64,000 bases of DNA from Malacoraja senta (lineage: Eukaryota), in the NCBI GenBank assembly GCA_038087875.1, contig CM075988.1, positions 22,322,001 to 22,386,000 on the forward strand, in the 5' to 3' direction. The notes under the pieces were generated by a model that saw only the letters and a program-made list of their open reading frames with translations, did not search any database and was not told the DNA's origin. The position numbers and the translations under genes are program-made. Below, piece by piece: positions 36,168-46,940 of the stretch; position 1 is the first letter of the stretch; the number at the start of each line of letters is the position of its first letter.

Positions 36168-39100
36168 TTAATCTGATCACCCTCGACAATTACTGTTAAA
36201 ACAGAAAGTACACGTGCTATAACACCATCGTGCCAGTGCACGGGGACCGCTGGTCAGCGCGGACACGGTGGGCCAAAGGGCCTGTTTACGAGCTGTATCT
36301 CTAAACTAAACTAAACCGGTTCACTTATGATCCAAAGCTCAGTTCTTAAGAGTTTGGCAATTAATTTTTTTTGACTCAGAGCCAAAATGCCAACCAATAA
36401 CTCCAGGCAGAATAATCTCTGCCCCAGAGGGCGGTGGAGGCAGGTTCTCTGGATGCTTTCAAGAGAGAGCTAGATAGGGCTCTTAATAATAGTGGAGTCA
36501 GGGGATATGGGGAGAAGGCAGGAACGGGGTACTGATTTGGGATGATCAGCCATGATCACATTGAATGGCGGTGCTGGCTCGAAGGGCCGAATGGCCTGCT
36601 CCTGCACCTATTGTCATTTTGAGGTGAGAAGAACCTAGGCTGCAGCCATTGTCTCCATTATCTCAGCAATGTTCATTCCACGCCTGCCAATAATTTTACG
36701 CTTGCATGCGAGTCTCATTGCCAATGTTCCACGAACCATATCCTGAAAACCTTTAAGCAATTAATAGTTGAACAGTTTTCAGTTAGAAATCATCCAACTC
36801 TTTAGTGACCACCACAGATTTTCTGCTTCTTTCATAAAATGCAAGATCAGCACATTTATGATCTTTGAAAATGAATCTGCATCTACCCCAGTGTCAAATC
36901 TGATACATGAATGTTGATTTCGTCTAGACCTGTGAGTTAAACACTAAGCTGTGACAACACACCAGTCAGCCCAAGTGGGTCATGCTGGTATTTTTGTTCT
37001 GCACAAACCTACCGCAGATAAGGACGACCAGGGTGGAAATGGTCACCGATCTTTGTCAGATAGCGAGAAGTATAGTTGGAGTTAATGTTGATGCATCTCT
37101 GCCCAATAGTTGCAATTTGACACATTTAAGTGAAGTTGCTACCTCACAGCACCAGAGACCCGGGTTCAATCCTAACAATGGGTGTTACCCACATGGAGTT
37201 TATACATTCTCTCTGTGACCTATGTGTGGGTATTCTCCGGGTGCTCCGGTTTCCTTCCTCACTCCAAAGACATACAGGTTTGTAAGTTAATTGGCTTGGT
37301 AAAATTGTAAATTGTCACTAGTGTGTGTAGGATAGTGTTAGTGTATGGGGTGATCGCTGGTTGGTGTGGATTCGGTAGGCCTAAAGGCCTGTATCGTTAA
37401 AACTAAATAGGGAAGTCTCATGCACACAAGGATCATTTATTGGAATTAGTTTATTGCCAGTGAAAGACTTAATTTGCATGCTATCCAGTCAAATCAAACC
37501 AGGCACAAGTACAATCAAACCAGACAACAGGTGGTGCAAAGAGAAGAATTCCAGGGTGCAGAATGTAGTATCACAGCGTTAGTGGTGCAGAGGAAGTGCA
37601 AGATTCACAATGAGATAGGTTGGGAGATCAGGACTACATCCGATCTTACGGGAGGACGTTCAGTAGTCTGTTAATAGCAGGGAAGTATCCGTTTGTGAAT
37701 CCCAGGGCATGTGCTTAAGCTTTTGTATCTTTCATCCGAAGGAAGAAGTGGGAATGACCAGGGGTGGGACAGTGGCGCAGCGGTAGAGTTGCTGCCTGAC
37801 AGCGCCAGAGACCCGGGTTCGATCCTGACAACAGGTGCTGTCCGTCTGGAGTTTGTACGTTCTCCCCGTGACCACATGGGTTTTCTCTGGGTGCTCCGGT
37901 TTCCTCCCACACTCCAAAGATGGACAGGTTTGTAGGCAAATTGGCTTGGTAAAAATTGTAAATTGTCCCTAGTGCCTGTAGGATAGTGTTAGTGGTGATC
38001 GCTGGTCGGTGGCGGACTCGGCGGGCTAACGGGCCTGTTTCTGCGCTGTACCTCGAAACTAAGCTAAAGACCAGGATGAAAATGGTCCCCGATTTTTGTG
38101 AGATGCTTTCCCAAGGTAGTGAGAAGTGTAGATGGATTTAATGTTGATGCCTCTCGTTTCAATTGTCACAACTTTGCAACATTTAGGCAACTGTTTCACG
38201 CTAGACAGACACAGTATCCAGCTGAAAAGTAGAAACAATAGAAACAAAGAGCTGAGTTCCTCTGACACTTTGTGTCCACTTGTGTTTTAACCAAACACAA
38301 ACGGACACAAAGTGTCAGAGCAGGCCAGGCAGCCTCGCTGGAGAACTTGGATAGGTGACGATTCAGTTCGAGACCTTCCTTTCTAGCCGAATTATACTCC
38401 CTCGTTCTTGGACCAAAATCTTGCAGATTGGGCCGCACAGTGGCGCAGCTGGTAGAGTTGCTGCCTCACAGCGCCGGAGACCCAGATTAGATCCTAAGCT
38501 TGGTTACTGTCTGCATGGAGTTTGCATGTTCTCACTGTGGTAGTGTGGGATTCCTCTGGGTGCTCCAGTTTCCTCCCACATCTCAAAGATGTGCAGGTTG
38601 GTAGGTTAATTGGTTGCTGAAAATTGCCCCCTGATGTGTGGGCGAGTGGTAGAATCTGTGGGGAGGGGGGGGCAGAATTGATGTCAATATGGAGAGAATA
38701 AAAATTGGATGTGGTGTCGAATTAGTGTAAACAGATGGCCGATGACTGGTGTGGCCTTTCTCCATGCTGTATTTCTCTCTCTACATTAACACACACCATG
38801 TGCTCAACAGTTAGCCATTAAAAGGAACACATGTTTTCTGCCTCCTCTTCTCAGGCAGTGAATGCCAAACCTTCTGCCGATTTAAACAAAAACTTCAACT
38901 GCCCTCCAAATGCAAATTTTAGCAAGGCCTTTGACAAGGTGCCGCATGGTAGACAGGCTCATAAGGTTAGATCACACAGGATCCAGGGTGCGCTAGTCAT
39001 GAATACATTGAAGGAAATACAGGTGCTGGTTTATAACGAAGATAGATACAAAGTGCTGGAGTAACTCAGCAGGTCAGCCAGCATCTCTGGAGATAAAGGA

Positions 39101-40649
39101 TGGGTGATGTTTTAGGGCGGGACCCTCTTCAATGTTGTCCTGGTTTGTCAGAGTCAGAGGGCAGAGGGTTGTTTTCAGATTGGAGGCAAAAGACCAGTGG
39201 TGTGCTGCAGGGTCTCCTGATGTTATGTAAGGTCATAAGGAATAAGAGTAGAATTAGGCCATTTGGCCCATCAAGTGTACTCCGGCATTCAATCATGGCT
39301 AATCTATCTCTCCCTCCAAACCCTTTTCTCCTGCCTTCTCCCCATAACCTCTGACACCCGTACTAATCAAGAATCTATCTATCTATCTATCTCTGCCTTA
39401 AAAACATCCACTGACTTGGCATCCACAGCCCTCTGTGGTAAATAATTCCATATTTAAGGTCTTAAGGTCAAACTGTAAAGGTATATGAGCCTATAGCAGA
39501 TTAACTCAATGAAGCATCCCTGGAGGACATGTTTCAGGTTGTGACCCTTTTCACACACTGAAGTCATCGGAGTCTGCAGAAGGGTCACATATTCCTTTTC
39601 TCCAGAGATGCTGCCTGACCTGCTGAATTAATGGATGCTTTCAAGAGAGAGCTAGATTGGGCTCTTAAAAATAGTGGAATCAGGGGAGATGGGGAGAAGG
39701 CAGGAACGGGGTACTGATTGGGGATGATCAGCCATGATCACATTAAATGGTGGTGCTGGCTCGATGGGCCGAATAGCCTACACCTGCACCTATTGTCTAT
39801 TGTCTACTCCAGCTGTCTGTGCCTGTCTTCATTATTATTGGTAAAAGCCAACTAACTGGTAAAAGTGAAGGCAGAAACGCAGCAGATAGATACAAAATGC
39901 TTACTCAACAGATCAGGCAGTATACCTGGAGAACATGGATGATGACATTTTGGGTCGGCACCCTTCTTCAGACTGATTGGGGGCGGGGGTGAGAAAGAAA
40001 GCTGGGAGAAGGGGCAGGAGAGAAGGACCATTGCCAATAATAGGCGAGCACAGACAAAATAACATAGATAATAACCCTGGCGTAATGAGAACAAGAAACA
40101 TATTTAGCAGAAAAAGATGCAGGAGGAAATGGCTTTGAAATCCCCTCTTGCCTTTGTACACTCTATCTTCACCAATGACAGCGAGGTTGTTGATGCTTTC
40201 ACAAAATGGTTAAGACCCAATGCCATTTGCAATCTATGAAGAATCAACCAATCTACACACAAGTCCCAAACACAACAACCCGATTTTCTTTCTTTTTTTG
40301 GTGTGGTAACATAGACTCACTGTCCTGCTCTTTGAACACCACACCAGAGCCTGATCACAAAACACAATAGTTTTTAAAATTGAGGAATAATTGGATCAGA
40401 TCTGTCATTGCTGCAAGAATCTAAACTGACCGAGTTGCAAAAGGAGTTACATTTATCCCACGGGCGATGCAGTGTTGGTGGAGTGCGGTCAGCGTTTTAT
40501 GTGGCAGATAATTTGTGCAAAGTTAAATCCCACAAAATTGCGTTAACGACCAGATCAGCCAGTGGAGTGACTGAGAAGCCAGGGGTGACCCTCCCGCTAT
40601 TCCTGTTGCAGATGAGTTAAATGCTACTCGTTTCTCCTTCTGTGCATAT

Positions 40650-41620
40650 TCCCCTGTGATATCCCGGCGGTTTCATGCACGCTCCTACCTGTGTTGCTGG
40701 CACAACGCAGGTTCCCCTCAGCCACCCGCTCCTGCAGCCTCAGAAGCAGCAGCAGCAGCAGCAACACCTCCCTAGCTGCAAGCACTCAGCCCGCCCCCCG
40801 ACCTACACGATTGGTTGTCCCAGCCCGTCAGCCCGCCCCCCTCGTCGCATGATTGGCTCCCCTGGCCCATCATTCCGCCCCGAGCCACGGGATTGGTCCT
40901 CCCGGCCGTCACTCACCCTCGTCCCGTCCCACTGCACCATATAACTCCTCCTATTGGATATCGGAGACGTCCGTCACAACTGGAGGCGGGACCGGCGCAT
41001 GTAATTGGTTAACGCCCACATCAATCGTGGCGTAGCCTCTTCCCATTGGGCGGCGGAGGTGTCAGTCAACGCTGGGAGGCGGGACCCCCCGCGTCCAGGG
41101 CTCATCACAGGCAAGCCTCCATATCCATATCCATTGCCTCCATATCCATTGGCCACCGGCTATATTGTCAGTCAAACGGTTGCTGTTTACCTGCAACAAA
41201 GTCAATGCAAAGCTCAAAGGTAATTGCATTAAAATTGAAGCGCATCCGCATATTAAGAAAAACGGTAGATTGCAAAAAAAAGAGGTAAAAGGGGATGAGC
41301 GACGGCAGAGATTGGAGGAGGCGTGGCAGCCCGTCCGTCCGTCCGCCATCTTTGTTGCTGGCGGAAGTGGCGGATTGACGGCGGGCGCCGCCCCCCCCCC
41401 CTGTCGCCCGGGACCGGAAGTGACTTCGGCGGGGCATCGGGGCGCCGGCGAGCGGCTGAGGGAGGCGTCGGGACACAATGGCGGGAGCGGGACTGGCGGC
41501 GGCAGGAGGAGAGCTGGGAGCCGGCGGGCAGGTGCACAGGTGAACAGGTGAACAGGTGAACCGCGAGTGACTCCTTCCCTCAGGTACCTGCCCCCGCCGG
41601 GGCTGCTCTCTATCTCTCTC
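40650..41620. promoter_or_regulatory. CpG-island promoter, probably bidirectional
   Basis: GC/CpG-rich unique sequence. ATTGG (CCAAT on -) at 40810, 40852, 40892, 40953, 41004, 41045, 41148, 41311. GC boxes near 40831 and 40875, YY1 motif CCGCCATCTT at 41343, ETS CGGAAGT near 41362 and 41415. Confidence 0.85.
40689..40790 (-). other. SLC37A4: Putative non-coding first exon of SLC37A4 (5' end approximate)
   Basis: CAG|GTAGG donor at 40688, at the edge of the CpG island just downstream of CCAAT and GC boxes. The ATG exon starts with an acceptor, so an upstream exon is required. Confidence 0.5.
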
Positions 41621-41820
41621 NNNNNNNNNNNNNNNNNNNNNNNNNNNNNNNNNNNNNNNNNNNNNNNNNNNNNNNNNNNNNNNNNNNNNNNNNNNNNNNN
41701 NNNNNNNNNNNNNNNNNNNNNNNNNNNNNNNNNNNNNNNNNNNNNNNNNNNNNNNNNNNNNNNNNNNNNNNNNNNNNNNNNNNNNNNNNNNNNNNNNNNN
41801 NNNNNNNNNNNNNNNNNNNN
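41621..41820. other. Assembly gap (200 N)
   Basis: Run of N. Confidence 1.
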
Positions 41821-42255
41821 GTCTTCGTTTTTGGAACTGAAGTGTTACAACTGTCCCTGTCCTATGGTTAATAAACAGCTGAAGTAATGCGGTTAATAAC
41901 AGCAGGTTATTTATGGGGAAGAATCTTCTGTGCTCAAAATTGCTTTAAAAAACCCAACACACACCATCCAAGTATCCCTGCTGAAAATTAACTTTTTTTG
42001 TTTAAATGTTGTACATTGATTTTTTTTTTTTTAATTTGTCCTTCGCCCTCTATTTGTACATTGTTTTGCTCTTGTCAACTGAAACAGTACCAACCTGAAT
42101 AAAATTTTAAGATGGAGAACAGTGGTGTCCGTTTATTGAATGCTGTGAATTAGTTGCTGCATAAGTAAGTAAGTTTATTGGCCAAGTATTCACATACAAG
42201 GAATTTGCCTTGGTGCTCCGCCCACAAGTAACAACATGACATACAGTGACAGTTA

Positions 42256-42751
42256 AGGGCCTGTCCCCCGGGCATGCGACTCCATGCAGCAAGCGCGACC
42301 TAACCGCAAGCGGAGGCCACGCGGAGGTCGAGTGATCCCCGTACAGGGCCGGTCCCTCCAGCATGCGGCTGCATGCGGCAAGCGCTACCAAATCGGAAGC
42401 GGGGGCCGCGTGCCGTCAAGACAGTGTGTACGGCGGCGAGGCGGTGCGCACGGCCATTGAGGCGGTGCGCACGGCCTCGATGCAGCTGCGTCCGGCGTCA
42501 AGGCGGTGCGCACGGCCGTCGATGCGGCGCGCACGGCCTCGATGCGGCTGCGTGGCGGTAGGCCGTTGCCGCACGGAATTTTTGAACAGTGTCAGTTTTC
42601 CGGAGCCCCGCGCGATGTCGGGACCAGCTCCGCACAACTCCATGCGGCTCCCGCTATCGAAGTGGGACCGGCCCCGCGACCTCCGCGCGGCCCCCGCTTG
42701 CGGTTAGGTCGCGCTTGCCGCATAGAGTCGCATGCCCGTGGGACAGGCCCT
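42256..42751. mobile_element. Palindromic GC-rich MITE inserted in a LINE tail
   Basis: AGGGCCTGTCCC...GGGCATGCGACTC / GAGTCGCATGCCCGTGGGACAGGCCCT; flanks TTA/TAA. Confidence 0.82.
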
Positions 42752-44107
42752 TAACGAATGACTCAGAAAACACTAAACATTAATAATAATAAGACATTAA
42801 TGATAAAACACCATTGATCAAGCATGTGAACCAACAAAATACCAGATCAAAGGGAGGCTACAGATTTTTGGCTGTTGAGTAGAGCAACTACTCGTGGATA
42901 AAAACTGTTTTTATGTCTGGCTGTGGCAGCTTTGACAATCCGGAGTCGCCTTCCAGAGGGAAGTGATTCAAAGAGTTTGTAGCCAGGGGGAGACAATAGC
43001 TCTTGATTGCCAGACAGAAGCAAAGAATTGAAAAGGTGGGTATAAAGGAGGGGGGTTGTTGTTCAGTCCTTCTGTCACGGGAGGTGCTGAGTGAATGCCA
43101 GGCATCCTATCTACATGAAGTAAAGGATGTTGTACAGGGCTCCTTTTTACACTATTGAATGACACCGCATGCATTTCCTTGTCCAAATATTTCCCAGGTA
43201 AATTATTGCAGCTAAGACTGAAATAGGGTGGCACGGTGGTGCAGCGATAGAGTTGCTGCCTTGCAGCGACAGAGTCCCGGGTTCAATCCTGACTACGGGT
43301 GCTTGTCTGCATGGAGTTCGAGATCTTTGCTTTCCTCCCACAATCCAAAGACGGACAAGTTTGTAGGTTAATTGGCTTGGTATAAAATGTTACTTTGTCC
43401 GTGTGTGTAGGGTAGTGTTAATGTGTGGGGATCGCTGGTCGGTGTGGACTCGGTGGGCCGAAGGGCCTGTTTCTGCACTGTTTCTCTCTAATCTAAACCA
43501 TTTGTGTTTCATCTTTCTGTCACTGGATGTACTGAGTGAATGCCAGGCCATCCTTTCTGTATGAAGTGAAGGATGTCATACTGGGCTCCTGTTTACATGT
43601 TTGTATGGCGTTGAGGAATGTTTATGTGACACTGCATGCATTTCCTTGTCCTGTATTTGAACTTTGTATGAATATTGATAGTGAGGGAGTCATGCTGTTA
43701 CTGATTATGAACATCAGGCATCTCCAGATAGATTAGCCTGAGACTCCAGTGTATTCCAACAGTGAACAGGGGCTTGGAGAACCACAGAGTACAGTGTAGG
43801 CTCTGGAACATGCAGATGGTGGTTTCTAAAGCGAGACACAACTTGCATGAGTAACTCAGTGGAATGTTGCCTGACTTGCTAAGTAGCACTGTGCCTTTTC
43901 TTAGAGCCGTATAGCACAGGAACACGCCCTTTGGCCCACGATGTCTGTGTTAAACATGATGTCAGGTTAAACCAATCTCCTCTGCTAGCTCGTGATCCAT
44001 ATCCCTCCCCGTGCCTTTCTAAAAGCCTCTTCGATGTCACGATCGTAACTGCCTCCACTCTCACCTCTGGCAGCCCCTTCCAGGCACCCACCACCCTCTG
44101 TTGTACA

Positions 44108-45082
44108 AAACATAGAAACATAGAAAATAGGTGCAGGAGTAGGCCATTCGGCCCTTCGAGGCCATTCAATATGATCATGGCTGATCATCCAACTCAGTAT
44201 CCTGTACCTGCTTTCTCTCCATACCCCCTGATCCCTTTAGCCACAAGGGCCACATCTAACTCCCTCTTAAATATAGCCAATGAACTGGCCTCAACTACCT
44301 TCTGTGGCAGAGAATTCCAGAGATTCACCACTCTCTGTGTAAAAAATGTTTTTTTCATCTCAGTCCTAAAAGATTTCCCCTTTATCCTTAAACTGTGACC
44401 CCTTGTTCTGGACTTCCCCAACATCGGGAACAATCTTCCTGCATCTAGCCTGTCCAACCTCTTAAGAATTTTGTTAAAGGCCTGTCTCACGAGTCTGCGG
44501 TCATTGGCGGCAAAACAGGAACAATCTACCGCTCCTGGGCCGCCAGAGACCGCGGGCTCGGTCAAACGCCCACCGCCGGGGCCGTGCGGCGTTGTTCCCA
44601 ACACCGCACGGTGCTAAAATAAAACCAACACTGTTCAAAAATATGTTCCTACCGCACAGCCGGCGCCAGTGAGGCACGAGCGCGGCACGGTCACCGCCAC
44701 AGCCGCCGCCAGTGCGGCACGAGCGCCGTGCGTCGAACTTGCACCGCCACAGCCTCCGCCAGTGAGGCATGTGTGCTGCACGGCCGCTGCCACAGCCCCG
44801 CAGATCCGAAATGACGTCATCGCAGTCGGCCCGCCCTATTTTTTTTACTTACCGCAAGCTCGTGGGACCAGCCGTACTTAAATCACTCGGCCCCCGCGCA
44901 GCATCCGTGCGGCGCTCCTGCGGCATAGGCTCGGCGCTCTCGCCGTTGCCGCGCGGTCCCCTCTACCGGCGACGCCGCGCTTCACCGCCGATGACCGCAA
45001 CACCGTGAGACAGAGCCTTAAGTTTCTATAAGATCCCCCCTCAATTTTCTAAATTCTAGCGAGTACAAGCCGAGTCTATCCA
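44108..45082 (-). mobile_element. CR1-like LINE fragment interrupted by the MITE at 44477-45018
   Basis: CR1 sequence ...AAGAATTTTG resumes as GTTTCTATAAGATCCCC after the insertion; compare the uninterrupted copy at 55271-55300. Confidence 0.85.
44477..45018. mobile_element. GC-rich MITE
   Basis: AAGGCCTGTCTCACG...CGTGAGACAGAGCCT; flanks TTA/TAA. Confidence 0.8.
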
Positions 45083-46420
45083 AAAGTAAAGTCTGTGGCA
45101 TCTGAAGATAGATACAAAGTGCTGGAGTAACTCAGCGGGTCAGGCAGAGTCTCTGGTGTAAAGAGGATGAGGGGATTTGGGACCCTTGTTCATCCGGCCT
45201 GGCTCTGAGGCACAACATGGAACATTGAAAGACAGGCTGAGCCAAAGCAATAGGTGACTTGGTAGGGTAGGACTCAATGGGCCGAATGGCTTCATTCTGC
45301 TCCTATGTCTGTGGTCTTATGGAGAATCTGTGGCAGGAAGCGAGACTCCAGGATGGTCTGGTGTCAGTGTCCAGGATGTCTCTGAACAACTGCAGAACAT
45401 TCTGCCCACACAACAAGCCAATTAACCAACAAACCCGCACGGATGTGGGAGTAAACCCACTAGGTCCGCAGGCAAACTCCACACAGACAGCACCCGAGGT
45501 CAGGATTGAACCCGGGTCTCTGGAGCTGTGAAGCAGCAGCTCTACCCGCTGCGCCACTGTGCGGGTGAAATTAAAAAAAATCTGCAGCTGCTGGAATTTG
45601 GAAATAGACAGATAGACACAAAATGCTGGAGTAACTCAGCGGGACAGGCAGTGTCTCTGGAGCGAAGGAATGGGTGACGTTTCAGGTCAAGACCCTTCAG
45701 CCATTTCTCTGTTGCACAGATGCTGCCTGACCAGGATTTTCTGTGTTTGTTTCAGCAAGGAATTGTAGATTTATCTTCAAGTTGAGGATACTTACTACAA
45801 TCCAGGTCAAAATATATACTGCAAAAGGAAGACCTGATTTCAGGTCACTCCTGCTGTTGAAACAGATGATTGTGATTTCACAGCCGAGATCATTACATTT
45901 TGAACACAGTAAGGAATGAATGGTCACTTTAAAGAGGCCAAACTACAATGTCACTGGGTTTTGGGAAGGTGCACAATCCTAGATTTTACCGAGGTAAAAA
46001 GAAAAAGTTATTTATTAATAGAACTAGGCACTGCCCATGGGAACAGGGCGACAATGGAATGTGCTGTGTATACATTTACACAAGGCAAATCCTGGCATCA
46101 AGCTGAGGTCAGTGGTTGAAGTTTGATTTTTAAATGGCTGGACTTTAGATCGGGGAGGGTAAGAGCTACTTAAAGTGTCAGATTGAGGAAATGGTAGTAA
46201 CCACTCACTTTCACGCTGCCTCGGCGAGGCCAGCAGGCTAATCAAGGACCCGTCTCACCCCGGTCCCACTCCTCTTTCTCCCCTCTCCCATCAGGCAAGA
46301 AGTACAAAAGTGTGAAAATGTACACCTCCAGAGATTCAAGGGACAGTTTCTTCACAGCAGTTATCGGGTAACGGAACCATCCTATCACCAACTGGAGAGT
46401 GGTCCTGAGCTACTATCTTA

Positions 46421-46937
46421 AGGGCCTGTGGGCGACCTAATCCGCGAGTTCTGGCGAGTTTGCCTCGACTCATAGTCGCAGCATGGTCGACACGAGGTCG
46501 TAGGAGGTCTTCGTAACTCTCCTTCATGCTCGAGAGTAGTCCCCGTGTACTCGAGGCCTCAGTTAGGTCGGCGGCGTATTTTTCACATGTTGGAAAATGC
46601 CCCGCGAGTAGTAAAAAGGTCGCCATGGAAAAAATCAATACTTTTTTTACTTGTAGGTTTAGTCGTAGAAGGTCGTAGTTGGTCGGCATGTTAGTCGTAG
46701 GTAATCGAGGGTAGTCGAAGGTAGTCGTAGTCTTCATCATAGTCGAAGGGAGGTCGAAGGAGATCGGAGGTCGTCTTCACTCTCCACTATTCGGTGTCCA
46801 ATTTTCTTGAAGTTAGTCGTAGCTAGTCATAGCTAGTCTCAACATAGTCGAAGGAGGTCTTCTACATAGTACAACATGTCATTTTTTTCAAACTCTCCTA
46901 AACTCGCCAATTAGGTCACCCAAGTGGGACAGCCCCT
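46421..46937. mobile_element. MITE with GTCG(T/A)A internal repeats
   Basis: AGGGCCTGT(deletion)GGGCGACCTAAT / ATTAGGTCACCCAAGTGGGACAGCCCCT; flanks TTA/TTA. Confidence 0.75.
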
Positions 46938-46940
46938 TTA

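Noticed and set aside
43088..43145. SECIS element
   Set aside because: No proper RUGA/GA quartet with an apical AAR at the right spacing, and no selenoprotein ORF nearby.
42256..45018. GC/CpG-rich patches as additional promoters or genes
   Set aside because: They coincide exactly with TIR-bounded MITEs; the ORFs are GC-content artefacts.
45755..45910. Possible + strand coding exon (also 50934-51072)
   Set aside because: Splice-like ends but no recognisable protein in any frame; cannot be supported without transcripts.
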